Source: Candidatus Omnitrophota bacterium (lineage in GTDB: Bacteria > Omnitrophota > Gorgyraeia > Aquiviventales > Aquiviventaceae). Taken from it: a stretch of DNA of 64,000 nt. The notes under the pieces were generated by a model. It saw only the letters and a list, made by a program, of their open reading frames with translations, was not told where the DNA came from and ran no database searches. Below are positions 1 through 9,767 of this stretch, one piece after another (position 1 is the stretch's first letter; the number at the start of each line of letters is the position of its first letter). The stretch covers positions 6,602 to 70,601 of the forward strand of contig JAHFGV010000007.1 of the NCBI GenBank assembly GCA_023247255.1. Reading direction: 5' to 3'. The position numbers were made by a program, and so were the translations under genes.

Positions 1-499
1 ATCGATCGCATTCCCCCGGACTCAGACCAAGCAGTCTTTTGACTTTAGCTTCAGTGGTCTCAAGACCGCCGTCTACCAATATATTCGATCCCACACTCGA
101 CCCACATCCGAAGGCCACAAGGCCGAGGTTGTGCCGCCTCAATCGGGTGGGCAGGATGCAGAAGACTCCCCACTAAGTTCTCAAGCGATTTCAGATATTG
201 CTGCCAGTTTTCAGGAAACGGTGGTGGAAACTTTGGTGACGAAAACGCTTCGGGCGTGTCAGCGCACGGGATTGCGCGATGTTGTCGTCGGAGGTGGGGT
301 GGCATCCAACCGTCGTCTGAGGGAGCGTTTGAAGGAGGAAGCCTCATCGAAAAAATATCGGGTGATTTTTCCTCCACCCGGCTTATGCGTGGATAACGGG
401 GCTATGGTGGCTGGCCTGGGCTTTTCGCTGTTGCAACGAGGAAAACTCGCACCCCTGAATCTGGCGATCGATCCGAACCTGTGTTTAGCGACGCAATGA
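1..499 (+). CDS. tsaD: tRNA N6-adenosine threonylcarbamoyltransferase TsaD (Kae1/Gcp family), C-terminal part; the gene starts upstream of the window
   Basis: The frame is open from nt 2 with no stop. The translation ...DFSFSGLKTAV...VVVGGGVASNRRLRERL...GLCVDNGAMVA matches the conserved C-terminal region of the Kae1/TsaD family. Confidence 0.8.
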   Translation, partial: SIAFPRTQTKQSFDFSFSGLKTAVYQYIRSHTRPTSEGHKAEVVPPQSGGQDAEDSPLSSQAISDIAASFQETVVETLVTKTLRACQRTGLRDVVVGGGVASNRRLRERLKEEASSKKYRVIFPPPGLCVDNGAMVAGLGFSLLQRGKLAPLNLAIDPNLCLATQ

Positions 500-1155
500 C
501 GGATCTTGTTGTCTTCCAACGATTGTTACTCAGTGCCTTCCTCGCTGGGCTTATCGGCTATGAGCGCGAGCGGGTCGGACGGGCGGCTGGTTTTCGCACG
601 CATATCCTGGTAGGAGTGGGGTCTTGTCTAGTGATGCTTACCGGTCTTGCGCTGGATGAGCAGCTCAGCCAACACAGCCATTTCGATCCCACTCGAATGG
701 CGGCTCAGGTCGTCAGTGGAATCGGGTTTTTGGGAGCCGGGACCATATTGCGGTTTCGGGCTTCGGTGCGTGGTCTAACCACTGCAGCCAGCCTTTGGGC
801 CGTCGGAGGAATTGGCTTGGCGATCGGCGCGGGGTTCTTCATAGGGGGTATCCTCACAGGTGTCATTGTGGTTCTCAGTCTGGTGGTTCTCTCACGCTTG
901 GAGCGGATAATTCGAAAGGAATGGAGCCACACCTTGGTCGTTGAGACTCAGACATTGCGGGAGGATTTGGCGCACATCCAGAAGGTCCTTGAGGATTACG
1001 ATGTCGCAATCCAGAAGTTTGAGATCGCATCAGGGGCAAGCCCTAACTGTTCCTCTATCCGTTTCCAAGTGAAACTCTTCTCCGACAGCCATCAGGAAGA
1101 AATCTTGCGGGAGCTCTTGCGTCTGGAGGGTGTGAAACAGGCACAGTGGATGTGA
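481..1155 (+). CDS. MgtC/SapB family membrane protein
   Basis: The N-terminus LLLSAFLAGLIGYERE....GFRTHILVGVGSCLVM is the MgtC signature. It has hydrophobic N-terminal helices and a soluble C-terminal domain, and overlaps the tsaD stop by 19 nt. Confidence 0.7.
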   Translation: MFSDAMTDLVVFQRLLLSAFLAGLIGYERERVGRAAGFRTHILVGVGSCLVMLTGLALDEQLSQHSHFDPTRMAAQVVSGIGFLGAGTILRFRASVRGLTTAASLWAVGGIGLAIGAGFFIGGILTGVIVVLSLVVLSRLERIIRKEWSHTLVVETQTLREDLAHIQKVLEDYDVAIQKFEIASGASPNCSSIRFQVKLFSDSHQEEILRELLRLEGVKQAQWM

Positions 1156-1340
1156 GCCGTCATCTCAAAATCCCACGGGTCGATTCAAGGCATTCCGATG
1201 GGATAGGGAACAAGGGACCGTCGATTGCCGATTTTTGATTGTCGATTGAAAAACGAAAAACAAGAAAATGGCGATTGCAGATTGATTCTGCGGAGCGTTC
1301 GGGATGTTGCACACGCCGGGGGGCGGGAGGGAGGCAAAAG

Positions 1341-1871
1341 ATGGGTTTTCGACAGAAGCAAGATGAGCTTAAAACGGAGCGCTGGCTTGAGGTCGATGCA
1401 AGCATGACAGGGACATTGACGTTTAAGGATCCGGTCAATCTCCGAATCAATGGCCGATTTGAGGGAGCCTTGGAAACCAAAGGGGTTTTGTTCCTTGGAG
1501 AAAAAGCATATGTGCAAGCGATCATCACAGGGGAATCCTTGACCATAGGCGGGACGCTTAAAGGCGAGATTGTGGCGAGCAGCCGCATTGAGATGCTTTC
1601 TACCGCTCATGTGAGCGGGAAGATCTCCAGTCCACGCATCATCATGCACGATGGCGCGGTTCTTCAGGGAACTGTCGAGATGCAACCGGAACGCAACAGC
1701 GGATGGATGAGCCCCGAGGAATTGGCCCGGTATCTTGAAGTCGATGTCTCCACCGTCATAGAATGGGCACAGCAGGGGCGCCTTCCCGCACAGAAACAGG
1801 ATAATCAATGGCGCTTTGAGCGGGCCAAGATTGAGCAGTGGCTGGCTCAAGAGAAGATTAAGAACACCTAA
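1341..1871 (+). CDS. bactofilin-domain protein fused to a C-terminal excisionase-type helix-turn-helix
   Basis: Start at ATG 1341, preceded by GGGAGGGAGG. The N-terminal ~120 aa is a beta-helical bactofilin repeat (TFKDPVNLRINGRFEGALETKGVLFLGEKAYVQAIITGESLTIGGTLKGEIVAS...VSGKISSPRIIMHDGAVLQGTVE). The C-terminal 50 aa (MSPEELARYLEVDVSTVIEWAQQGRLPAQKQDNQWRFERAKIEQWL) looks like an excisionase/MerR-type HTH (HTH_17). Confidence 0.6.
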   Translation: MGFRQKQDELKTERWLEVDASMTGTLTFKDPVNLRINGRFEGALETKGVLFLGEKAYVQAIITGESLTIGGTLKGEIVASSRIEMLSTAHVSGKISSPRIIMHDGAVLQGTVEMQPERNSGWMSPEELARYLEVDVSTVIEWAQQGRLPAQKQDNQWRFERAKIEQWLAQEKIKNT

Positions 1872-2139
1872 CATAATGAAAACGTGACTGCGCTGGGATT
1901 AGATGCAAGCTGCGCAAGGCGCGAGGAGGAAGGCATATCATGCGGCAAGCGATATGGCGACGACGAGCAACGCAGCGAAGCGAAGCAGATAAGCCCAGCC
2001 CTTCGGGTTGCGGCGAAAACTGCCCATCTGCTGCGTCACTCCTCCTGTGCGTATCGCTATGCTTATACGCCATCGTCGTCGTTCCTTGCATCTGGGCAGT
2101 TTTCGCCGCAACGCAGCCATGTTTTCATTATGTTAGGTG
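1865..2139. repeat. MITE-like palindromic element with perfect 19-bp terminal inverted repeats CACCTAACATAATGAAAAC (family CTAACATAATGA)
   Basis: 1865-1883 and 2121-2139 are exact reverse complements. The interior carries further nested inverted repeats (TTGCGGCGAAAACTGCCCA / TGGGCAGTTTTCGCCGCAA and TATGGCGACGACGAG / CGCCATCGTCGTCGT). The left TIR provides the TAA stop of the bactofilin gene. Confidence 0.6.
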
Positions 2140-2166
2140 CTCTAAACATAATGGTGGATAACCGTA

Positions 2167-3170
2167 TGCGCGTACTCATCACAGGTGGAGCAGGATTCAT
2201 CGGTTCACATTTGACAGAGGCCCTGCTGAAACGGGGGGATTCGGTAACTATCGTTGACAACCTTTCAACCGGCCGTTATGAAAACGTGGCTCATCTGGAC
2301 GGGCAGCCCGCATTTCAACCGGTCATTGGTTCCATCCTCAATGAATCCTTGATTGACAAAGTCGTGGAACGCTGTGACGTCGTTTTTCACTTGGCGGCGG
2401 CCGTGGGGGTGGAGCTGATCATCGAACATCCCCTCGAATCCCTCATGACCAACATCCGCGGCAGTGAAATCGTCCTGGAAATGGCCCATCGGTATCGAAG
2501 AAAAGTCCTTATCGCCTCCACATCGGAAATCTATGGAAAGAACACCCATGGACCGCTGCGTGAGGATACGGATCGTGTGCTCGGTTCGCCGCTCAAAACT
2601 CGATGGAGCTATTCCACTTCAAAGGCCGTTGATGAAATCTTGGGCTATGTCTATTGGAAGGAAAAACAGGTTCCGATCGTCATCGTACGGCTTTTCAACA
2701 CGGTGGGGCCGCGACAGAGCGGAGCCTATGGGATGGTCATTCCCCGATTCGTCAGCCAAGCCCTTCGAGGGGAACCGCTCCAGGTCCACGGCACAGGGAA
2801 ACAGTCGCGGTGTTTCTTGCACGTAAAAGATGTGGTGGCTGCTCTCATCAAGCTCATCGATCACCCCGCAGCAGTGGGAGAAGTGTTCAACCTGGGCAGC
2901 CAAGAGGAAGTGACCGTCGAGGCGCTCGCCCGTCGGGTGATCGCGATTACGCAAAGCCCATCGCCCATTCTGTTCGTCCCTTATGAAGAGGCGTACGAGG
3001 AAGGCTACGAAGACATGCCCAGGCGCGTTCCGGATATCAGCAAGATTCAAAATTTGATCGGATTTCAACCGACGATGAATTTGGACCAGATCATCCAAAG
3101 CGTCGTCGACAGCGTGCGCCAATCCCCAGCGGCTGTTTCCGAAAAAAGACCTGATTCGGGAGGCTCATGA
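2167..3170 (+). CDS. NAD-dependent epimerase/dehydratase (UDP-sugar 4-epimerase-like SDR)
   Basis: MRVLITGGAGFIGSHL Rossmann motif, a YxxxK-type core (YSTSKAVDE) and LFNTVGPRQ. The long N-terminal extension in the ORF track (from 1884) lies inside the palindromic repeat and is rejected. Confidence 0.8.
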
Positions 3171-5017
3171 ATCCAGAAATACCCACGGCATCCCATTCCG
3201 AAACCCTGATCCAATTTTCTCGCATGGTCCTTGCCGCGGCAACGGCCTACTTGTTCACCGTGTTTCTGACACCCTTGGTACGAACGGTTGCTGTTCGATC
3301 CGGATGGCTGTCCAAACCGGTCGAGGACCGATGGGGCAAGCGTGTGATTGCCCGCTGCGGGGGAGTGGCCATGTTCGGAGCCTTCATGGCGTCAGCGGTC
3401 GCTTGGATACCGCTGGGTCAAGCACCCATCGGTCTGTTCATCGGCAGCGCTTTGATTTTCGCCCTGGGACTTTTGGACGATTTGCACCGGTTGTTTCCTT
3501 ACACGAAGCTCATTGCCCAATTGCTGATCGGTTGCGTGGTTGTGTTCAGCGGTATACACATTGACCTGGAATCCTGGCGGTGGCTTTCCATCCCCATCTC
3601 GGTACTGTGGCTGGTATTGATCATTAACGCCTTCAACCTGCTCGACAACATGGATGGCTTGGCTGCGGGGGTTGGCGCATTGGCTGCTGCGTTCTGCGCT
3701 TTTCACGCGGCACACTCCCAGCAATGGGTTCTGGTGTTGCTGGCATCCATTCTCTGTGGCAGTTGTATCGGCTTTTTGCACTTCAATTTTCCTCCTGCAA
3801 AAATTTTTATGGGAGACTCCGGAAGCCACTTTCTGGGCTTGAGCTTGGCCATCATGGGTCTTCTGGGAAGCTGGCACCATTCCACCCAACTGCTCAGCGT
3901 TTTGGCTCTTCCATCTTTAGTCCTGGCAGTGCCGATCTTTGACACCTGCTTTGTGACTATCCAACGGTTACTCCATCGGCAACACCCTTTCACTGGAGGA
4001 ACGGATCATGTATCGCATCGGCTGGCGATTCTTGGACTGAGCACGCGCCAAACCGTTCTGAGCCTGTACGCAATCAGCGCATGCCTGGGGATATTGAGTG
4101 TGATCACCGCCGGACTGAAACCCTTGCCGGCCTTAATGAGTTGGCTGGTCGTCTTGAGCCTGCTGGTTTTATTCGGACAGTATCTGGCTCGGGTCAAGGT
4201 ATACCATATCCAGCGGGAACCGATTCAGACCCAGCAGATGGCCATCGGCAGTTCTGCGGCAACACTCATCGATACCATGTTGGTGCACAAGCGCCGCCTG
4301 ATGGAAATCTTGGTGGACTTTGTATTGGTGAGCAGCGCTTATGTATTTGCTCATCTGTTGCGATTTGAAGGCTTGCTGACGGCGGATTTACAACGGCTCA
4401 TCGTCCAGTCCCTGCCGATACTGCTGGTCATCAAACTTGTCTGTTTCTGGAGCCATGGATTGTATCGCGGGGTGTGGCGGTATCTGAGTCTTTCGGATTT
4501 GTTTTCCATTTTTAAGGCCGTGACCATCGGATCGATCTTCTCATCCCTGGCGCTGCTGTATCTGTGGCGATTTGAGGGCTATTCACGCGCGGTGTCGATC
4601 ATCGATTGGTTGCTGTGCCTGTTTGCCGTGGGAGGCTCTCGCGTGGTGGAACGTGTGCTGGATGAATGGATACACACGGCAGCCGTTGAGCAGGGGGTGC
4701 CTATCTTGATCATCGGAGCCGGAGATACGGGGGAACGGGTGGCCCGGTATCTAAAATCCGAAGGAAACAAAAAACAACGGGTGATCGGTTTTCTGGATGA
4801 TGACCCCATCAAGCAGGGAAGCCGGATCCATGGTTTCACTGTGCTGGGGACGAGTAGCCATCTGGCTGGGGTGCTCAAAAGTTTTCGAGTCCGTCAAGTG
4901 TTCATTGCTATCAAGGACCCACCTGGGAATCTCCTTCAGCATGTGCAACTCTGCTGTGAGCCGGATGGCATTGCCTGGCAGGTGGTTACCGCGGGTGTAA
5001 CAACGGCTGTGGGATGA
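3167..5017 (+). CDS. GT4/MraY-WecA family polyprenyl-phosphate sugar-1-phosphate transferase fused to a C-terminal nucleotide-binding (CapD/WbaP-N-like) domain
   Basis: Multi-TM N-terminal half with the NAFNLLDNMDGLAAG and FMGDSGSHFLG motifs typical of WecA/MraY. The C-terminal part (ILIIGAGDTGERVARYL...VIGFLDDDP) resembles the Rossmann-like N-terminus of polysaccharide-biosynthesis CapD/WbaP proteins. Start overlaps the upstream stop (ATGA). Confidence 0.75.
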   Translation: MNPEIPTASHSETLIQFSRMVLAAATAYLFTVFLTPLVRTVAVRSGWLSKPVEDRWGKRVIARCGGVAMFGAFMASAVAWIPLGQAPIGLFIGSALIFALGLLDDLHRLFPYTKLIAQLLIGCVVVFSGIHIDLESWRWLSIPISVLWLVLIINAFNLLDNMDGLAAGVGALAAAFCAFHAAHSQQWVLVLLASILCGSCIGFLHFNFPPAKIFMGDSGSHFLGLSLAIMGLLGSWHHSTQLLSVLALPSLVLAVPIFDTCFVTIQRLLHRQHPFTGGTDHVSHRLAILGLSTRQTVLSLYAISACLGILSVITAGLKPLPALMSWLVVLSLLVLFGQYLARVKVYHIQREPIQTQQMAIGSSAATLIDTMLVHKRRLMEILVDFVLVSSAYVFAHLLRFEGLLTADLQRLIVQSLPILLVIKLVCFWSHGLYRGVWRYLSLSDLFSIFKAVTIGSIFSSLALLYLWRFEGYSRAVSIIDWLLCLFAVGGSRVVERVLDEWIHTAAVEQGVPILIIGAGDTGERVARYLKSEGNKKQRVIGFLDDDPIKQGSRIHGFTVLGTSSHLAGVLKSFRVRQVFIAIKDPPGNLLQHVQLCCEPDGIAWQVVTAGVTTAVG

Positions 5018-6270
5018 TCCTGACAGTACTCGGGACGCTTGCGCAATTTCTTCAGACGTTTGGGTTGGGGGCTCTGCTTTTGCTATTGCCGTTTTCAAAT
5101 GCAGCCATCGAAATTTCCTTCGGCTTTTTGCTCATCGGTTGGCTGCTGGAAAGAATCCTGCCGCAAACGCGCAAGCAGACGATCTGGGTTGGGCCTAAAC
5201 TCCGTCCCTTACGCCTGGCATTGATCGGATTTCTATTTGCCTGTGCATTGTCCCTGAGCGTCAGCCGGCATCCTCTGTTGAGCGTCCAAGGTCTGGTGGA
5301 TAAATGGCTGGAGTACCTGCTGTTTTTTGTGATCGTCGCAGACGTCATTCATGGACATCCCCGTCGACTCCGATGGGGGCTGCTCATTCTGTCTTTGTCG
5401 GCGTCCCTGGTCGTGGTTGAAGCTGTCTCTCAGGAAGTTTGGGGTAAAGGCTGGTTTCGCGGCTATCCTCTCAAAATGTTCACCCGAATGACGGGTCCCT
5501 ATGAAAACCCCATTGATCTTGCGATTTACCTCATGGTCATGATTCCCATACTGTGGGCATATGCGAATACGCAACGGGCCGTTTTCCGATGGATGAGCTG
5601 GGGATTGTTGGCGGCGTTAGTCCTGTGCCTGGCCAGAACCGAAGCCGCAGGAACCTGGTGGGGATTATCCATCGGAATGTTCGTTGTGATTCTCAAAAGT
5701 CGTCTATTACGCTGGCAGGCGTGGATCCTGTTGACTGTGGTACTTTTGTCCGGTGGCATTGTGCTTGTGCGAATCGGGCAGTTCGGGTCTGCTCTATCGA
5801 TCTCGGAATTAGGGAAGGTCGACCGATGGATGATGTGGCAGGCGGCTATCGGAATGATTCGCAATCGACCCTGGCTCGGGCAGGGACTCAATACCTTCAT
5901 GGCCAACTATTTGGATTATTGGGTAGGGGGAGAGCGCCAGCCCCGCTACGCACACAACTGTTATCTTCAGGTTGCTGCGGAAACCGGTCTGATCGGATTG
6001 GGACTTTTCCTTTGCCTCTTATGGTTTCTGTTCACTCGGATCTCTCCAAAACCTCACCAGTCAACCCCGACATTTCAACTGCTTCTGGGATTCTTTGGAG
6101 CCCTGATCGCCTACGCCCTTCATGCGGGAATCGATACCGACTTCTACTCTTTGCGCCAGGCCACTCTCTTTTGGACGATGGCGGGACTTGCCCTAGGACT
6201 TCACGAAAGCGCACCCTCCCCAGCCATCCCTCTGACTCCACAACCAGCCCTGGAATTATCCAGATCATAG
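5014..6270 (+). CDS. O-antigen ligase / Wzy_C family polytopic membrane protein
   Basis: About 10-12 predicted TM segments, with a periplasmic-loop region containing RNRPWLGQGLNTF...HNCYLQVAAETGLIGL typical of the WaaL/Wzy_C domain. Start overlaps the upstream stop. Confidence 0.65.
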   Translation: MILTVLGTLAQFLQTFGLGALLLLLPFSNAAIEISFGFLLIGWLLERILPQTRKQTIWVGPKLRPLRLALIGFLFACALSLSVSRHPLLSVQGLVDKWLEYLLFFVIVADVIHGHPRRLRWGLLILSLSASLVVVEAVSQEVWGKGWFRGYPLKMFTRMTGPYENPIDLAIYLMVMIPILWAYANTQRAVFRWMSWGLLAALVLCLARTEAAGTWWGLSIGMFVVILKSRLLRWQAWILLTVVLLSGGIVLVRIGQFGSALSISELGKVDRWMMWQAAIGMIRNRPWLGQGLNTFMANYLDYWVGGERQPRYAHNCYLQVAAETGLIGLGLFLCLLWFLFTRISPKPHQSTPTFQLLLGFFGALIAYALHAGIDTDFYSLRQATLFWTMAGLALGLHESAPSPAIPLTPQPALELSRS

Positions 6271-6271
6271 A

Positions 6272-7294
6272 TTGAAGAGGTGCCGCGTGTTAGCCATTCG
6301 AAACGTTCGCCAGGTGCTTTTCATTCGCACGGACCGTCTGGGGGAAACGATTCTGAATCTTCCTGCGGTCGCCTGCTTAAAATCTGACCTGCCCACTGCC
6401 TCGCTGAGTGTTTTGGTTCAACCTAAAATGGCTTCACTGATAGCCGATGCCCCGGGCGTGGATCGGGTGCTTTCTTATGATGAATACTCGAAGGCTTCCT
6501 GGTGGTATCGAGCCTTCAATCTTGCCAATCGTCTTCGGCCACACGGCTTTGAGCTGGCAATCGTTTCCAACCCAAGGAAGGAGTCGCACCTGGCAGTCTG
6601 GCTCGCTGGTATTCCCATTCGCGTCGGATACAGTAGAAAATGGGATTTCTTGCTGACGCACCGTCTGGCTGAGCGCAAGGCGCTTGGCGATCGTCACGAA
6701 GTCGAGTATAATCTTGACCTTGTGACATGCCTGGGTCTGGACCGAACCGTTCCCCAGTGGCAGTTTCCCCGTTTTCAGAAAGAGCAGGAAGAAATCCGAC
6801 CTTTGCTTGAGCGGCAAGGCGTTCGGCTCGAAGATCCCTTTGTCGCCGTGCATCCCTTAAGCTCAACGCCCCAGAAGCTCTGGCCATTGGCTCGGTTTCA
6901 AACCTTGATCCAGAAGGTCTCTCAACAGTTACGCACCCCTGTGGTGGTGGTCGGTTCAGAGCCGTGGGAATTATCAGGCAGCGAGCATCGGATGAGCGTG
7001 GAGGGCGTGGTCAATCTTACCACACGCTTGAATCTTCGACAACTTGCGGCAGTGTTGCAATGCGCTCGGGTGTTAATATCCAGTGATAGCGGCCCCGTCC
7101 ATCTGGCTGCTGCGTTAAAAACCTCAACACTCGTTTTGTTTGGAAGTCCCCATGCCTGGGCGGGACCAACCCGATGGGGTCCTTGGGGTCAAGGCCACGC
7201 GATCGTGTGGAAACCCTCGATGGAAGCAATCACTGTGGAAGAGGTGTTTGCGACGCTTCAGTCCATGCTGGGATCTCGGCTGCAGAGCAGATGA
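6272..7294 (+). CDS. ADP-heptose:LPS heptosyltransferase (GT9 family)
   Basis: ILNLPAVACLK...GFELAIVSNP...SVLVQPK and a C-terminal ...VLISSDSGPVHLAAAL motif match the GT9 heptosyltransferase fold. The exact start is uncertain; GTG 6287 is an alternative. Confidence 0.7.
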   Translation: MKRCRVLAIRNVRQVLFIRTDRLGETILNLPAVACLKSDLPTASLSVLVQPKMASLIADAPGVDRVLSYDEYSKASWWYRAFNLANRLRPHGFELAIVSNPRKESHLAVWLAGIPIRVGYSRKWDFLLTHRLAERKALGDRHEVEYNLDLVTCLGLDRTVPQWQFPRFQKEQEEIRPLLERQGVRLEDPFVAVHPLSSTPQKLWPLARFQTLIQKVSQQLRTPVVVVGSEPWELSGSEHRMSVEGVVNLTTRLNLRQLAAVLQCARVLISSDSGPVHLAAALKTSTLVLFGSPHAWAGPTRWGPWGQGHAIVWKPSMEAITVEEVFATLQSMLGSRLQSR

Positions 7295-8418
7295 AATTGT
7301 CCACTCCCCAACGTATCCTGATCGTGAATCCTTTTGGCATCGGTGACATCTTGTTCACCACACCGGTCATTCGTGCGCTGCGGCGAGCGTTTCCTAAAAG
7401 TTGGATTGGCTACTTGTGCAATCGCAGAACAGAGCGGATATTGCGTAACAATCCCCACCTGAATGAATTGTTCATATACGAGAAAGACGAAATGATCCAG
7501 GTTTGGCGAGACTCACCCGGGCGGGGCCTGCATGTGCTAGCCGAATTTCTCCATCGCATCCATCAGGCGCGCATCGATCTGGCCGTTGACCTTTCGTTGG
7601 GGGAGCGTTACGGCATGATTCTTCAAATCATCGGAGTTCCTAAGCGGATAGGGTTCAATTTCCGTAACCGCGGTCGTTTTCTCACGGAACGGCTTTCCAT
7701 CGACGGCTACCAAGATTATCACGTAGTGGAATACTATCGAAAGCTCCTTCGGTTCATTGGCGTGGAGCTGCTGGATCCTTCCACGGAATTGCACGTGTCG
7801 GATGAGGATAAACAGTGGGCAGAGGCGCAACTGCGTCAGCGCAACCTTGCAAGCCATCGTCCTTTAGTGGGCATCGTACCCGCCGGCGGGCTGAGCTGGG
7901 GAGGGGGTGCTTTTTTCAGACGATGGCATTGCGAAGGGTTTGCCGCGGTTGCGGATGCACTGGTGGAGCAATATAATGCCGCGGTGATCCTTTTCGGGGA
8001 AACCCCAGACTGTTCCACTTGTGCCACAGTGAGTCGCCTGATGCATCATCCGGCCGTCGATTTGAGCGGCCAAACGACCTTAGATCAATTCGTCAGCCTC
8101 TTAGGCCGTTTGAATTTGGTCATCTGCAACGATGGAGGACCGCTGCATCTGGCCGTGAGCCAAGGCGTCAAGACGGTTTCCATCTTTGGACCCGTTGATC
8201 CTCAGGTCTATGGGCCGTTTTCCACTCGTCCTTCCTCGCATCGTGTGGTTTTCAGAGAGGACCTACCCTGTCGTCCCTGTTACCATCGATTCAAGCTTCC
8301 ACCCTGCCCTTATGAAAGGGCATGTCTAACCACCATTAGTCCTGAAGAAGTCCTCCAGGCTTGTAGCCCTCTTCTTTCAGAGAGCGCAACACCACTCTTT
8401 AGGCCCATTGATGACTGA
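7293..8418 (+). CDS. ADP-heptose:LPS heptosyltransferase paralog (GT9 family)
   Basis: MKLSTPQRILIVNPFGIGDILFTTPVIRALRRAFP and the C-terminal NLVICNDGGPLHLAVSQGVKTVSIFGPVDP are classic RfaF/RfaC-like motifs. I chose ATG 7293 rather than the 7174 extension in the ORF track. Confidence 0.7.
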
Positions 8419-8836
8419 TCCGATTGTTATGCCTCATCGATGCATCATCCTGTCACTAGTCGAGCGAAGCTGGCAAGCGGCCAGGGAATATTCGCTCGAT
8501 GCCCAAAGGCAAGGTTTCTCAACCATCCATTTGGTGAAAGGATGTTTGAGTCCAGACGTCCGTGCGCTGATCCAGCCTCATGATCGCATACGAATCATCA
8601 GTGTCGCACGGTATTTGTTCCGCCCAGCGGTGGGGTTGTCGGTGTTGGGATTTTTGTTTACAGGCAGGCTTTGCCGGCTGCTTGTGGACAATGAACGCTC
8701 CTTCCAACGGCTGAGCCGTTTTTTCCCTAGCCGGTTGATGAAAAACTCACGGGATACCCAGCCTGCTGATAGGTGGGGCGTCAGGATCACCTGGGTAGGC
8801 AAGACCTCAACCGATGCGCCTAGCCCTGATCTTTGA
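8408..8836 (+). CDS. hypothetical protein (possibly the N-terminal part of a frameshifted gene continuing at 8814)
   Basis: A 142-aa ORF with no recognisable motif. It overlaps the next ORF by 23 nt in a different frame. Confidence 0.3.
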   Translation: MMTDPIVMPHRCIILSLVERSWQAAREYSLDAQRQGFSTIHLVKGCLSPDVRALIQPHDRIRIISVARYLFRPAVGLSVLGFLFTGRLCRLLVDNERSFQRLSRFFPSRLMKNSRDTQPADRWGVRITWVGKTSTDAPSPDL

Positions 8837-9767
8837 CAAGACAAGACCCGACACCACAGGGATTTATTTCGAACGCGCCTGCCAAACCCTGGGGCTGACT
8901 TACGAACATTGGTCGCTACGCGATGGCTCACGGATACCAGCCAGCTACGACCTTTACTTGCGAATCGATCACGGAGATGACTATACGATTTTCTTGCCTC
9001 AACGATTACGTCCCAGCGTATTTTACGCGATCGATACGCACCTTTCGCACAGTTGGCCCAAGATCAAACGTCTGGCTGGCAGCGTCGATTTTGTATTTTG
9101 TGCCCAATCGGCGGCTGCGCGCGAATTACATTCCGAGTGGCTGCCGGTTGCTTGCGATCCTTCAACGCATCCAAACGCTTCTCAGGCAACGCAGTGGGAT
9201 GTGGCATTTGTGGGAACCGAGGGAGGACTTCCCCGTAAGTTCATCCTTCAGGCCATTCGGGAGAAGTATCCCAACAGCTTCATCGGCCAGGCCTCGCATA
9301 CTCGATTAATGGATATTTATGGCTGTTCAAAGATCGGATTCAACTATGCGATCCGCTGCGAACTCAACATGCGTTTCTTCGAAATCCTCGGCTCGGGAGC
9401 CTTGCTGGTGACCAATGCCTTGCGCGATCCCAATGATTCGGCAAGCTTGGGACTTCAGGCTGGAGAGCACTTTATCGCCTATGAAAATCCCAGACAGATT
9501 TTTCCATTGATGGATCATTGGCTCCAAAGCGAACGCCAAGAACAGCGGGTTCGGATCGCCCAGGCAGGAATGCGGTTAGTCCGTCAACGCCACAGCTATA
9601 CGCATCGGCTTCGACAGTTGTTAGATGTCGTTTCCCAAAAGCTCGGTATCCATTTCGGAACGGCCAGCGGTGCACAGAGTGCGGACAAACAGCCGATGGT
9701 TGTGGAATCTCTGATGAAAGATTCTTTTGCAAGACCTCAGACACGACACAGGATGAGATTCTCATGA
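8814..9767 (+). CDS. CgeB-like / GT1-like glycosyltransferase family protein (DUF3880-type)
   Basis: The C-terminal portion (GFNYAIRCELNMRFFEILGSGALLVTN...HFIAYENP...ERQEQRVRIAQAGMRLVRQRHSYTHR) resembles the spore-maturation CgeB / Glyco_trans_1_2 C-terminus. The family assignment is tentative. Confidence 0.45.
   Translation: MRLALIFDKTRPDTTGIYFERACQTLGLTYEHWSLRDGSRIPASYDLYLRIDHGDDYTIFLPQRLRPSVFYAIDTHLSHSWPKIKRLAGSVDFVFCAQSAAARELHSEWLPVACDPSTHPNASQATQWDVAFVGTEGGLPRKFILQAIREKYPNSFIGQASHTRLMDIYGCSKIGFNYAIRCELNMRFFEILGSGALLVTNALRDPNDSASLGLQAGEHFIAYENPRQIFPLMDHWLQSERQEQRVRIAQAGMRLVRQRHSYTHRLRQLLDVVSQKLGIHFGTASGAQSADKQPMVVESLMKDSFARPQTRHRMRFS

Noticed and set aside
1185-1874. 229-aa minus-strand ORF antisense to the bactofilin gene
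   Set aside because: No motifs; typical long antisense ORF in GC-rich DNA. The sense strand encodes a clearly structured bactofilin plus HTH.
1884-2166. N-terminal extension of the epimerase ORF back to 1884 (428-aa version in the ORF track)
   Set aside because: The extension lies wholly inside the palindromic MITE-like element, has no SDR similarity, and the canonical MRVLITGGAGFIGSHL N-terminus begins at ATG 2167.
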